Positions 20,211-31,429 of a stretch of 64,000 bases of DNA are shown here, piece by piece. The stretch spans positions 99,306 to 163,305 of the forward strand of contig JACPUE010000066.1 of NCBI GenBank assembly GCA_016192425.1. The letters run 5' to 3'. Source of the stretch: Burkholderiales bacterium. Lineage in GTDB: Bacteria > Pseudomonadota > Gammaproteobacteria > Burkholderiales > Burkholderiaceae_C. The notes under the pieces are model-generated. The model was given only the letters and a program-made list of their open reading frames with translations. It did no database searches and was not told where the DNA came from. Each line of letters starts with the position of its first letter. The stretch's first letter is position 1. A program made the position numbers and the translations under genes.

Positions 20211-21092
20211 ATGAAACGTATCGTCCTGTTCCTGCTGACCAACCTCGCCGTGGTGGTGGTTCTTGGCATCGTGGCCAGCCTGCTGGGGGTCAACCGCTAC
20301 CTCACCGCCAATGGGCTGAACCTGGGCGCGCTGCTGGGCTTCGCCTTTGTGATGGGTTTTGGCGGCGCCATCATCTCGCTGCTCATGAGCAAGCCCATGG
20401 CCAAGTGGAGCGCCGGGGTGCAGATCATTGACGGCACACGCTCTGCCGACGAGGCCTGGATCGTAGAAACCGTGCGCAAGTTTGCCGACAAGGCGGGCAT
20501 CGGTATGCCCGAGGTCGGCATCTTCGAGGGTGACCCCAATGCCTTTGCCACAGGCGCGTTCAAGAACTCGGCCCTGGTGGCCGTGTCCACTGGCCTGCTG
20601 CAGAACATGACGCACGAAGAGGTGGAGGCCGTCATCGGCCACGAGGTGGCACACATCGCCAACGGCGACATGGTCACCATGACGCTGATCCAGGGCGTGA
20701 TGAACACCTTTGTGGTGTTCCTGTCACGCGCCATCGGCTACGCGGTGGACAGCTTTTTGCGCCGCGGCGACGACCGTGACAGCGGCCCTGGCATCGGCTA
20801 CATGGTCACCACGGTGGTGCTCGACATGGTGCTCGGCTTCCTGGCTGCCATCATCGTGGCCTGGTTCTCGCGCCAGCGCGAATTCCGCGCCGATGCGGGC
20901 TCCGCCCAGCTCATGGGCCGCCGCCAGCCCATGATCAACGCGCTGGCCCGCCTGGGCGGTGTGCATCCGGCCGAACTGCCCAAGAGCTTGGCTGCCATGG
21001 GCATTGCAGGGGGCATTGGCCAGCTGTTCAGCACCCACCCGCCCATCGAAGAGCGCATCGCTGCCTTGCAGAACATGCAGAACCAGGGCTGA
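20211..21092 (+). CDS. htpX: zinc metalloprotease HtpX (M48)
   Basis: [10 protein letters not shown] motif and four TM segments. Confidence 0.9.
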   Translation: MKRIVLFLLTNLAVVVVLGIVASLLGVNRYLTANGLNLGALLGFAFVMGFGGAIISLLMSKPMAKWSAGVQIIDGTRSADEAWIVETVRKFADKAGIGMPEVGIFEGDPNAFATGAFKNSALVAVSTGLLQNMTHEEVEAVIGHEVAHIANGDMVTMTLIQGVMNTFVVFLSRAIGYAVDSFLRRGDDRDSGPGIGYMVTTVVLDMVLGFLAAIIVAWFSRQREFRADAGSAQLMGRRQPMINALARLGGVHPAELPKSLAAMGIAGGIGQLFSTHPPIEERIAALQNMQNQG

Positions 21093-21094
21093 TC

Positions 21095-21188
21095 GCGGCC
21101 CCGCCGCGCTGGCGTGCGTCGTCCCCCTTCCCGCATCGCGCAGCGAGGCGAGAGAAGGGGGAAGGCGCGCAGCGCCTCAGGGGGTTGT
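21095..21188 (-). repeat. REP-like repeat, copy 3 (truncated; overlaps the 3' end of the COG2509 flavoprotein gene)
   Basis: Same consensus in inverted orientation. Confidence 0.75.
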
Positions 21189-22895
21189 CAGAATCTTTCG
21201 CGCCACGGCCTCGCCCACCTTGATGCCATCCACCCCGGCCGAGAGGATGCCGCCTGCATAGCTCGCGCCTTCGCCCGCCGGGTACAGGCCGACGGTGTTG
21301 AGGCTCTGGAAGTCCTCGCCCCGGGCGATCTTGAGCGGCGAGGAGGTGCGCGTTTCCACGCCGGTGAGCACGGCGTCGTGCATGTCGAAGCCCTTGATCT
21401 TGCGGCCAAAGGCCGGCAGGGCCTCGCGCAGCGCCTCGGTGGCGTAGCCGGGCAGGGCCTCGCGCAGGTCGCACAGCGTCACACCGGGCTTGTAAGAAGG
21501 TTCCACGCCGCCCAGTGCCTGCGAGGCGCGGCCCGCCAGAAAATCGCCCACGAGCTGGCTTGGCGCGTTGTAGTTGCTGCCGCCCAGCACGTAGGCATGG
21601 GCTTCGAGCTGGCGCTGCAGCACGATGCCCGCAAGCGGGTGGTGTTCGCCAGCCTTCAGCGCCTCCACGCCATACGTGGCGCCGAGCTGTGCCTCGAAGG
21701 TGGCGGGGTCGCTAGGGTAGTCTTGCGGATCGATGCCCACCACCATGCCTGCGTTGGCGTTGCGCTCGTTGCGCGAATACTGGCTCATGCCGTTGGTCAC
21801 CACGCGGCCGGGTTCGCTGGTGGCAGCCACCACGGTGCCGCCGGGGCACATGCAGAAGCTGTAGGCCGCGCGGCCGTTGCTGGCGTGGTGCACCAGCTTG
21901 TAATCGGCCGCGCCCAGCAGCGGGTGCCCTGCGTGGCGGCCCCAGCGCGCGCGGTCGATCACGCCCTGCGGGTGCTCGATGCGCAAACCCACCGAAAACG
22001 GCTTGGCCTGCATGTGCACGCCGCGCCCGTGCAGCATGGCGAAGGTGTCGCGCGAACTGTGGCCCAGCGCCATCACCACGTGGCGGGCCTCCAGCTCGTG
22101 GGTCTGGCCCGTGGCCTGGTCGAGCACGCGCAGGCCGCGCAGTTGGCGCTGGCCGGTGCTGTCCTGTTCGATGAGCACGTCGGTCACGCGCTGCTGGAAG
22201 CGCACCTCGCCGCCCAGCGCGATGATCTGCTCGCGCAGCGTCTCGACCACTTTCACGAGCTTGAAGGTGCCGATGTGCGGGTGCGCCACGTACAGGATCT
22301 CGGGCGGCGCGCCAGCCTGCACGAACTCCTCCATCACCTTGCGGCCCAGGTGGCGCGGGTCCTTGATCTGGCTGTAGAGCTTGCCGTCGGAGAAGGTGCC
22401 TGCGCCGCCTTCGCCGAATTGCACATTGCTCTCGGGGTTGAGCTCGCGCCGACGCCACAGGCCCCAGGTGTCCTGGGTGCGCTCGCGCACCGTTTTGCCG
22501 CGCTCCAGCACGATGGGCCGAAACCCCATCTGCGCCAGCACCAGCGCTGCAAAAATACCGCAGGGGCCAAAGCCCACGACCACGGGCCGTTCTTGCAAAG
22601 GGGCTGATGCATGACCCGGCGGGCGCCACTGCATGTCGGGCGCAGGGTGGATGTGGGGGTGACCCGCAAAGCGCGCAAGCAGCGCAGCTTCCTGTGCAGG
22701 CTGCGCCAGCGTGAGGTCGATGATGTAAACCGCCAGCACATCGGCCTTGCGGGCGTCAAAACTGCGTTTGTGTACGCGTACTTGCGCAATGTCCGCTGCC
22801 TGCAGGCCCAGGACGGTGGCCGCAAGCGTGTGCAAGGCTTCTTCGGGGGCGGCAACGGCGGCAAGCGGCAGCCGGAGTTCTGAAAGGCGGATCAT
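21177..22895 (-). CDS. FAD-dependent protein (COG2509-like NAD(FAD)-utilising dehydrogenase)
   Basis: GFGPCGIFAALVLA dinucleotide-binding motif. The 3' end of the gene reads through a REP-like repeat copy. Confidence 0.6.
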   Translation of the reverse strand: MIRLSELRLPLAAVAAPEEALHTLAATVLGLQAADIAQVRVHKRSFDARKADVLAVYIIDLTLAQPAQEAALLARFAGHPHIHPAPDMQWRPPGHASAPLQERPVVVGFGPCGIFAALVLAQMGFRPIVLERGKTVRERTQDTWGLWRRRELNPESNVQFGEGGAGTFSDGKLYSQIKDPRHLGRKVMEEFVQAGAPPEILYVAHPHIGTFKLVKVVETLREQIIALGGEVRFQQRVTDVLIEQDSTGQRQLRGLRVLDQATGQTHELEARHVVMALGHSSRDTFAMLHGRGVHMQAKPFSVGLRIEHPQGVIDRARWGRHAGHPLLGAADYKLVHHASNGRAAYSFCMCPGGTVVAATSEPGRVVTNGMSQYSRNERNANAGMVVGIDPQDYPSDPATFEAQLGATYGVEALKAGEHHPLAGIVLQRQLEAHAYVLGGSNYNAPSQLVGDFLAGRASQALGGVEPSYKPGVTLCDLREALPGYATEALREALPAFGRKIKGFDMHDAVLTGVETRTSSPLKIARGEDFQSLNTVGLYPAGEGASYAGGILSAGVDGIKVGEAVARKILTTP

Positions 22896-23084
22896 GGCTG
22901 GCGGGCCCGTGGTCATCGGGCATCGAGTCGATGTGGCGCCGGATTGTATCGAGCCGCCATGCGTCGGTGTTACACACGGTTTCAATGATCTCTGCGGAGC
23001 CGTCATCTTGGCGGATGTGGGGGGCGTTGTAGTCACAAGTCCGACGCGTTGTCGGACTGCTTACCAAAGTTCAAAGGAATCACC

Positions 23085-23345
23085 ATGAACAAACTTCTCG
23101 CTGCCCTGGTTGCTGGTTTTTTTGCTGTGACCTCGTTCGCTCAAACCCCTGCACCGGCGGCCGCTCCTGCAGCACCTGCAGCCGCAACGGCGCCAGCCGC
23201 AGCGCCCGCAGCCGCCAAGGAAGAGGCCAAGGCCGCTCCTGCTGCAACCGAGAAGGCCCCCGCTGCCGCAGCAACCAAGAAAGCAGCCAAGAAAACGCAC
23301 AAGACCAAGAAGGCCCGCGCTGCTGACACCAAGCCTGCACAGTAA
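23085..23345 (+). CDS. small secreted Ala/Pro/Lys-rich low-complexity protein
   Basis: RBS plus signal peptide. Followed by a strong terminator hairpin. Confidence 0.55.
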   Translation: MNKLLAALVAGFFAVTSFAQTPAPAAAPAAPAAATAPAAAPAAAKEEAKAAPAATEKAPAAAATKKAAKKTHKTKKARAADTKPAQ

Positions 23346-23395
23346 GGGCATCCCCCGTACCCTGGGAATCCACTGCCCAGGGACGTGCCCCCAAA

Positions 23396-23430
23396 ACAAA
23401 GAGCCCGCAATGCGGGCTCTTTGTTTTGGG
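23396..23430. terminator. bidirectional rho-independent terminator
   Basis: AAAGAGCCCGC-AAT-GCGGGCTCTTT followed by a T-run on the plus strand and an A-run on the minus strand. Confidence 0.7.
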
Positions 23431-23447
23431 GGCAACGCCGTGGCTGT

Positions 23448-24368
23448 TCAGGCTGTAGGCAAGAAACCCTCAACCGACAGATAGCGTTCGCCCGTGTCGT
23501 AGTTGAAGCCCAGCACCTTGGCGCCTGCCGGCAGTTCGGGTAGCTTCTGTGCAATGGCGGCCAGCGTGGCACCGGACGAAATGCCCACCAGCAGCCCCTC
23601 TTCGCGCGCGGCGCGGCGGGCGTATTCGCGGGCGGGTTCGGCATCGACCTGGATCACGCCATCAAGCAGGCTGGTGTCCAGGTTCTTGGGGATGAACCCC
23701 GCACCCAGGCCCTGAAGCGGGTGCGGTGCAGGTTGGCCGCCCGAGATCACGGGCGAGAGTGCAGGCTCCACCGCAAACACCTTGAGCTGCGGGAACCGCG
23801 CCTTGAGCACGCGCGCGCAGCCCGTCAAATGGCCGCCCGTGCCCACGCCGGTGATAAGTGCGTCCAGCCCGTCGGGAAAGTCGGCCAGGATTTCCTGCGC
23901 CGTGGTGCGCACGTGCACGTCGATGTTGGCGGGGTTCTCGAATTGCTGCGGAATCCAGGCGCCGGGCGTCTGGGCCTTGAGTTCTTCTGCACGCGCAATG
24001 GCCCCCTTCATGCCCTTTTCGCGTGGAGTCAGGTCAAACTGCGCGCCGTAGGCCAGCATCAGGCGGCGGCGCTCAATGCTCATGCTGTCGGGCATCACCA
24101 GGATCAGCTTGTAGCCCTTGACGGCGGCCACCAGCGCCAGACCGATGCCGGTATTGCCGCTGGTGGGCTCAATGATGGTGCCGCCGGGCTGCAGCGCGCC
24201 CGACTTCTCGGCGTCTTCCACCATGGACAGCGCAATGCGATCCTTGATCGAGCCGCCGGGGTTGCTGCGCTCGGACTTCACCCAAACGTTGGCGCCCGCG
24301 CCAAACAGGCGGTTGATGCGGATGTGCGGCGTATTGCCGATGGTTTGCAAAACGTTTTCAACTCTCAT
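23448..24368 (-). CDS. cysK: cysteine synthase A (O-acetylserine sulfhydrylase)
   Basis: PLP-enzyme motifs …[19 protein letters not shown]… and …GISSGA…. Confidence 0.9.
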   Translation of the reverse strand: MRVENVLQTIGNTPHIRINRLFGAGANVWVKSERSNPGGSIKDRIALSMVEDAEKSGALQPGGTIIEPTSGNTGIGLALVAAVKGYKLILVMPDSMSIERRRLMLAYGAQFDLTPREKGMKGAIARAEELKAQTPGAWIPQQFENPANIDVHVRTTAQEILADFPDGLDALITGVGTGGHLTGCARVLKARFPQLKVFAVEPALSPVISGGQPAPHPLQGLGAGFIPKNLDTSLLDGVIQVDAEPAREYARRAAREEGLLVGISSGATLAAIAQKLPELPAGAKVLGFNYDTGERYLSVEGFLPTA

Positions 24369-24460
24369 GGCGTCTCCTGTAAAGCCAAAGAAAAACCGTG
24401 GTGTGCATTCTGAACCAGTTGTTCTGCCGTGCGGGCCATATGGATATGCCTGCAGGGCCA

Positions 24461-25552
24461 TCAACCATGCGGCAGCACCTCTACCCGCAAGGCCCGCTCC
24501 ACCGGTGTGATCTGCACCTGCACGGGCAGCCCGAGTGCAATGGTCTGCGCATTGGTCTGCGTGTGCGGCGTGGCCTCGGTGCAGGTGTAGCTGGCGGCCC
24601 GGCCGCTGCGCCACACCGCCAGGGCCAGCGGAAGCATCCACTGGTCGGCCAGGTGCGGGCCCAGTGCGCCTTGGCTGCGCTGGTAGGCGTGCACCTCATT
24701 CGCCAGCCGCTTGGCCACCTGCTCGGCCGACAGGCTGCGTTCGCCCAATTGGCAGAAGACTTCGGTGATGTGGGCGTGTTCCAGTGTAGCGATCAGTGCA
24801 TTGCCCGGTCCTTCGTTTTGGCGTGTCGGCGGTTGGCGCAACTGGCCTGCCTCGCACGTCCAGCCCATGCGCTGGCCCAGCGTTTCCAGCTCACGCGGAA
24901 CAATGCTGCGCGCCAGGCCGGGTGCCACGGCTTCGCACCAGGCGTTTTGCAGCGGGCCGCGTTCCATCACATCCACAGGGGCCAGCGGCTGCGCGGTGGA
25001 TAAGGGGGGCGTGATGTGCGCCACCAGCTCGCCACCCCCTGCAGGGAAGAAGCCGCGCCGCAGCAGTTGCAACTCCAGCCCCACGCCCAGCCGCCGCACC
25101 AGCGGGGCAAAGGCGCGCTCCAGAAAATCAAACGGCGGTGCCATCGGGTTGTGCGTGCCACCCAGCAACTGCACGCGGCTCTCGCCATCGGCCAGCATCA
25201 GCGCAGGCAGCACGGTCTGCAGAACCAGCAGGCAACTGCCCGCCGTGGCAATCTGAAAGCGGTAGTCCCCGCCCCGCACCGTGCCAGGCGTGAACTGCAG
25301 CGCTTGCGAGTTCAGCTCAGCGCCATCAGCCTGCCCGCCACACACGGCCGCCGCTGCCTGTACGCAGGCCAGGTGCTGCCGCATCAGCCCTGGCTTGGGC
25401 CGTCCGGCGCGGATGCGCGTAATGTGCAACGGCCGCCCGGTGACCATGGACAGGGCCAGGCCCGTGCGCAGGATCTGGCCGCCGCCTTCGCCGGTAGAGC
25501 CGTCGAGGGTGAGGGGGAGCATGTTGTGAGAGGGGGAAAGTGTCAGGTTCAT
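24461..25552 (-). CDS. rtcA: RNA 3'-terminal phosphate cyclase
   Basis: Aligns with E. coli RtcA (…[24 protein letters not shown]…RAGRPKPGL…). The start overlaps the upstream stop codon (TGATG). An alternative start 30 nt downstream is possible. Confidence 0.9.
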   Translation of the reverse strand: MNLTLSPSHNMLPLTLDGSTGEGGGQILRTGLALSMVTGRPLHITRIRAGRPKPGLMRQHLACVQAAAAVCGGQADGAELNSQALQFTPGTVRGGDYRFQIATAGSCLLVLQTVLPALMLADGESRVQLLGGTHNPMAPPFDFLERAFAPLVRRLGVGLELQLLRRGFFPAGGGELVAHITPPLSTAQPLAPVDVMERGPLQNAWCEAVAPGLARSIVPRELETLGQRMGWTCEAGQLRQPPTRQNEGPGNALIATLEHAHITEVFCQLGERSLSAEQVAKRLANEVHAYQRSQGALGPHLADQWMLPLALAVWRSGRAASYTCTEATPHTQTNAQTIALGLPVQVQITPVERALRVEVLPHG

Positions 25553-27378
25553 CAGCTCATGTAAAAAACGTCGCCATGGGGCGTGAAGGGCAAACGCCGT
25601 CCAGGAGCCAGCAGGTAGGCGTGCGGACGGCGCACGCTCAGGTGGTCGCAGTCGGCGTCGGTAATGATCAGCAGGGGGCCGTCCTTCGGAAAGTTCGTGC
25701 TGGTTTCCAGCAGTGTGATGGCAGGCTGCAGCATCGTGCCGCCACGGCCTTTGATTTCTACGCGGTGCGCGATGTCTTGCGCAAGCAGGTAGCCCAGGTC
25801 GTAGGGCGCCGCATCGCAGCACACCACGCGCACGGCGGGCACTTCCTTGGCCTCGGCATAGCTGGCGATGCTGCCCAGGGCCTTGGCCAGGGTGTGTTTG
25901 TCCATCGATCCAGAGGTGTCCAGCACCACGCCAAAGGTGCGTCCTTCCAGCCAGCGCGTGTCGGGCCCTGCATACGGGCGTGGAATGTCTGGCGTGGCCG
26001 ACTGGCGGCGGCTCAGCCGCGCATAGGTTCGGCGGGTTTCGATCGGTGGAAAGTGGTGGTCAAACCACCGCGCCAGCTCTACCTCCCACGGAACGGGCGG
26101 CTGCAATAGTGCACGGATTTCTTCCAGCAAGCCCTTGGGCAACAGGCCACGGCCTTGGGTTTCATGCAGCATCAGGCCTTTGCCCAACTGCTCTTTGTAG
26201 AAGGCATCCAAGTCGGTAAAGGGCGCTCGCTCAGTAGAAATCTTTCTGTCCAGCATGTCGCCTTGCCGTCCCGCCAGGGTTAGCAGCTTGCGCATGCGGC
26301 GCAGATCTAACACGATGCGGTCATACACTTCTTCCGCCGACAGGCCGCGCAGGTTCAGGTCGTGCAGTAGCCCCAGCGCAGGGGCGCTGCCCACTTGCAT
26401 CTGGATCAGCCAGTCGTTGATGACGTAGTCGCACGCCACGTTCCACAGATACGGGTCGCGCCCTTGCCGTCGGCCCATGTGCCGCAGTGCTACGTGCAGG
26501 ATTTCGTGTGCCAGCACAAAGCGGGTTTCCTGCTCGGTTAGCCCGGCAGCCGGGTTGAGGTAGATGATGCGCAGGGTTTCGTCCACTGCGCCGACCATGA
26601 TTTCCTCGCAGCGGCACAGTTCGGCGTCTTCCTGAATCTCGAAGGCCGCCACCATGGAACCTAGCAGTGGAAAGCTGCTGATAAACCAGCTGCGGGCACG
26701 CTCCGTCACGCTGCGGGGCATGCTGCGTGTGTCAGTACCCAGGGCTGTACGGGTGCCCGCTGCGATCTCCACCGCCTGTGAGACTGAATTGGCAATGCCT
26801 GCGGCAAACACTTCGCTCCAGCTTTGCTGCGATGACAGGACGCCATGGCGGACAGCAGGGACTGTCTGTTGGAGCCACGCATCTGGGGTTTCCAGGCTGG
26901 TGGCCTTGGGGCCTGCCAGCCCCAGGCCTTCGGCCCAAGTGGGCACGTCGGCTTCGCAGAACTGGCGGTACCAGCGGTCTTCATCCCACGCAGGCGCGTC
27001 GGCAGGCATCTGCATGTCTTGCGGGCATGCGCCGAACTTGACAGACGCCAGAAAGCGCGTGGTCACAACATCGCACGCTGCGCACCATGACGCCCAGTTG
27101 CCCCGGTCACTCTGGAACAGTTCCATGGCGTAGCTAAGTACACCTCGTGCCAACACGAAGGCCCATTCGGGGGCCGTGGCGTGGCGCTTGGGGTGCACAT
27201 GGATGGTGCCGCTCTTGAGCACCACAATCCAGCCTGCAGCAGGGCACTGGGATGCTGCAGTGCGCACCCAGCTTGCGCGCCGTGCCAGCGGGCCGAAGAT
27301 GGGGTGTGCGAGCACCATGGCCATGCCTGCTTCGTAGGCCTGGGTGGCAGGGTTGGTCTTGTGGTGGGGCTTGGCCAT
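25552..27378 (-). CDS. VWA-domain protein with an N-terminal HExxH metallopeptidase-like domain (DUF2201-like; predicted MoxR partner)
   Basis: Carries an HEILHVALRH motif. C-terminal MIDAS motif VVLDTSGSM. 608 aa. Confidence 0.7.
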   Translation of the reverse strand: MAKPHHKTNPATQAYEAGMAMVLAHPIFGPLARRASWVRTAASQCPAAGWIVVLKSGTIHVHPKRHATAPEWAFVLARGVLSYAMELFQSDRGNWASWCAACDVVTTRFLASVKFGACPQDMQMPADAPAWDEDRWYRQFCEADVPTWAEGLGLAGPKATSLETPDAWLQQTVPAVRHGVLSSQQSWSEVFAAGIANSVSQAVEIAAGTRTALGTDTRSMPRSVTERARSWFISSFPLLGSMVAAFEIQEDAELCRCEEIMVGAVDETLRIIYLNPAAGLTEQETRFVLAHEILHVALRHMGRRQGRDPYLWNVACDYVINDWLIQMQVGSAPALGLLHDLNLRGLSAEEVYDRIVLDLRRMRKLLTLAGRQGDMLDRKISTERAPFTDLDAFYKEQLGKGLMLHETQGRGLLPKGLLEEIRALLQPPVPWEVELARWFDHHFPPIETRRTYARLSRRQSATPDIPRPYAGPDTRWLEGRTFGVVLDTSGSMDKHTLAKALGSIASYAEAKEVPAVRVVCCDAAPYDLGYLLAQDIAHRVEIKGRGGTMLQPAITLLETSTNFPKDGPLLIITDADCDHLSVRRPHAYLLAPGRRLPFTPHGDVFYMS

Positions 27379-27385
27379 GATGCAT

Positions 27386-28450
27386 TCAGGTGGTCTTGGC
27401 CTGTCGTTCCACCAGGCGCGGAAGGTCGCGTACCACTTCGATCATGTACCAGGCAGGCAGCGTTTGTCCGGACTCTTCGGCCACGGCAATTTGGGCCATC
27501 TCCAGGCTGATCTGGGCCAAGTCTTTTAACATGGCTTTGGATCGGTGTACCAGTGCCTGTAGCTCGCCGGTGCTCGTGTTCTTGTCCCGCGGCAGGGCCT
27601 TGAGCAGCCGGGCACGAAACGCCTGTGCCAAGAAGTACAGCACGTCGCGGTCCTCGGGTGCGTGGGGCCAGCGGGCATCGCCCTTGAAAATGGCTTCCAG
27701 ACGGTGCCGGTCTGCCGCCAGCTTGCCAAAGGCTTTGAACTGCGCTGCATGCTGGGGCGTGAGGCAGCCATGGGCCATGGCTTCCACCATCGAGGTGGGT
27801 GGCGCGTCGCCAAACGCATGCAGCGCATCGCTGAGCATGTGCCACGAGCGAGGCGTGGAAAACGGTTCCTCATGCTTGGGCGGAGCGCTCCACAGGTGAT
27901 CCGGGCGCTGCTGCAGGTACTCCAGCACCATGGGATGGATGGCGTTGGCCGTGGCCCAGTTCAGCCATTCCGAGGCCGATACCTTCATGTGCACATGCAC
28001 CATGCGGTTCATCAATGCCGACGACATGGGTTTGACGATAGCGGAGTCTTGCGCCCGGTTGCCTGCACCGATCACGATAGAGCCTTCAGGCAGCGTGTAT
28101 TCGCCCACGCGGCGGTCATGAATCAGGCTATAGAAAGCCTTTTGCACATCCTGGGAGCATGCGTTGAGCTCGTCTAGAAAGATGCAGTAAGGCTCCTTGC
28201 GCGCAATCATGGCGGGTGGGCAAAAGCGGCTCACGCCGTCGAGGATCTGGGGCACGCCCATCAGATCCTCAGGGGCCAACTGGCTTCCCAGCAGGGAGAC
28301 ACACTCCAGCCCTACGCTGCGCGCGAACTGCTCTACCAGAGCCGACTTGCCAACGCCTGGAGGGCCCCAGATGAATACGGGGCGGGTGATGGCAACGTTC
28401 AGCAGGAATTCGGTGAGCTGCGAAGGCGAAAGCGCGTGGACGGTTTGCAT
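27386..28450 (-). CDS. MoxR-like AAA+ ATPase
   Basis: Walker A GPPGVGKS. Walker B IFLDELN. Confidence 0.8.
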   Translation of the reverse strand: MQTVHALSPSQLTEFLLNVAITRPVFIWGPPGVGKSALVEQFARSVGLECVSLLGSQLAPEDLMGVPQILDGVSRFCPPAMIARKEPYCIFLDELNACSQDVQKAFYSLIHDRRVGEYTLPEGSIVIGAGNRAQDSAIVKPMSSALMNRMVHVHMKVSASEWLNWATANAIHPMVLEYLQQRPDHLWSAPPKHEEPFSTPRSWHMLSDALHAFGDAPPTSMVEAMAHGCLTPQHAAQFKAFGKLAADRHRLEAIFKGDARWPHAPEDRDVLYFLAQAFRARLLKALPRDKNTSTGELQALVHRSKAMLKDLAQISLEMAQIAVAEESGQTLPAWYMIEVVRDLPRLVERQAKTT

Positions 28451-28481
28451 GATGTTCTTGTCGTTATTTCGGTGAATGTCG

Positions 28482-29312
28482 TCAGCGGTGGTAGCGCAGC
28501 ACAGTGTCGTGCAACAGCGCATCCAGCGTGGCGTGACTGGGTACGGGCAGTGGCTGCACAGGCTCGGCCGCATTGCGGGCCAGCTCGGCTTCGATAAAGG
28601 CATGGATGCCGGACCAGCGGGGGCTGGTGGCAGCCTCGTCGGCGCGCATCTTTATCTCCAGCAGTGCGTTGATCTCATCGACCAGCGCAGCGTCGTGCAC
28701 GGGGTGCAGCGTGTGCTGGGCCAGCTCGGCAAAGCGCATGGGCGGCACGCCGGGTTGCGTGCGGATCCAGCGTGCGGCCAGCAGCGGGCGCAGCACGTAC
28801 AAGTACTTTTTGTAGCGCACCTCGTCAGCTTGCAAATGCTCGCGGAAGTTCTTCTTGGCCATGGCCGCGTAGTGGTGCCAGCCCTTGGCGTTGGAGAACA
28901 CCTGCGCCGCCAGCGTGCGGAACTGCGCCATCGTGTCACCCTCTTCGCGGTACACGATGGGCGAGCCCAGCCATTCGAGCAGCGTGGGGTTGGATTCGCG
29001 CAGCAGCCCCAGCGCCTTGCGCAGGTCCCAACCGTTCACATCCAGGTCCCCACTGATTGGCAGCTCGATCACATCACGCCCCGGCGCAATGGTCAGGTAC
29101 CAGGGCAGCCGGTGCACGTAGATAAAGCGCACGTCGTAGTCGCTGTCGGGTGAGGCAAAGCCCCAGCCCCGGCTGCCAGATTCGCAGGCGAAGAGGACTG
29201 TCACGCCGTGCGTGGACTCGATGCGCTGCAGCTCCTGCATCACCTGTGCGCGCATGTGGGGCTCCACCGGGTGGGAGGAGCGCAGCATTTCCTGTTGGTC
29301 TGTTTTTTGCAT
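28482..29312 (-). CDS. DNA polymerase beta-superfamily nucleotidyltransferase of the RNA-repair-associated family
   Basis: GS…D.D motif (ACESGSRGWGFASPDSDYDVRF). Confidence 0.65.
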   Translation of the reverse strand: MQKTDQQEMLRSSHPVEPHMRAQVMQELQRIESTHGVTVLFACESGSRGWGFASPDSDYDVRFIYVHRLPWYLTIAPGRDVIELPISGDLDVNGWDLRKALGLLRESNPTLLEWLGSPIVYREEGDTMAQFRTLAAQVFSNAKGWHHYAAMAKKNFREHLQADEVRYKKYLYVLRPLLAARWIRTQPGVPPMRFAELAQHTLHPVHDAALVDEINALLEIKMRADEAATSPRWSGIHAFIEAELARNAAEPVQPLPVPSHATLDALLHDTVLRYHR

Positions 29313-29317
29313 AAAAT

Positions 29318-29365
29318 GAGCTGTATCGCTTGTTGGATAAGCGCTTGAAGCTATCAAAAGTGTAG
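29318..29365. repeat. AT-rich motif, inverted pair (intergenic, between rtcB and the nucleotidyltransferase gene)
   Basis: GAGCTGTATCGCTT-GTTGG-ATAAGCGCTTGAAGCTATCAAAAG. Confidence 0.7.
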
Positions 29366-29408
29366 TGAGCCAATAGTGCGGTGCTGTCACCAGCGCCGCA
29401 CAGGGCGG

Positions 29409-30632
<1,224 letters not shown>

Positions 30633-30661
30633 ATCGTTTTTTCGTTCTTTCGTTTTTTTGT

Positions 30662-31402
30662 TCATTGAACCATTCCGCGCGCTGCGGCCTGGGCGTAGGT
30701 TTTCAGTTCATCGTCGTTCTTCACATTCCGGATGAAGGCATCCATGCGTGCCTGCAGTTCACCAGGGCGGTTCAGGTGCACTCCCTCGTGCCCGATCCCA
30801 TGCAACGCCGATACCTGTGCTTCGCGCCAAGGCATGGCCAGCATTGCGCAGAACACCTGCCACATTGCGTCGCGCCATTCGGGGATGTGCTTGGCATTCC
30901 AGAACGTGGGCCACACGTCAAACCACATGTAGCTCACGAAGTACAGCCGATCGCTTCGGCTTCCGATGGTGTTCGGCGCGGTGTCCAGGCGCGGGCCCAG
31001 GCAGTCGCGCCATAAAGTGGGCAGGGCCTGCACCATGCGCATCGCGTCGGCCAGGGGCACGGAAGGGTCGTTCACCATGTGCGGGATGTCTCCCGCGTTG
31101 TTGCTCATCACATGGTTCAGGCCCATGCCGACCTGATCGTCGCTGTAAGGCGCCAGGTCCGTTCCCGCATTGGCGAACAGCACGGTCTGGACGTGCGTCC
31201 ATTGCAGCGGCGTGGCTTCGAACTCCGGCTCGTCGATCAGCCAATACCACTCCTGCCCGCTCTTGTCGGGCACGGGGCGGTCGAACAGGTAGCGCAGGGC
31301 CGCGCTGTAGACCGCTGGATCCAGGCCGACAGATGCGCACGTGGCGGGTGTGGTGTCCCGCTGCAAACGCTTTTCTCTTGCAGTTGGTTTTTTGTTCTTC
31401 AT
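30662..31402 (-). CDS. hypothetical Trp-rich protein; no recognisable family
   Basis: 246-aa ORF directly upstream of rtcB on the same strand. Coding-like codon usage. Confidence 0.5.
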   Translation of the reverse strand: MKNKKPTAREKRLQRDTTPATCASVGLDPAVYSAALRYLFDRPVPDKSGQEWYWLIDEPEFEATPLQWTHVQTVLFANAGTDLAPYSDDQVGMGLNHVMSNNAGDIPHMVNDPSVPLADAMRMVQALPTLWRDCLGPRLDTAPNTIGSRSDRLYFVSYMWFDVWPTFWNAKHIPEWRDAMWQVFCAMLAMPWREAQVSALHGIGHEGVHLNRPGELQARMDAFIRNVKNDDELKTYAQAAARGMVQ

Positions 31403-31429
31403 GGCAGTTCTCTCTGCGTTTGTTTTTGC

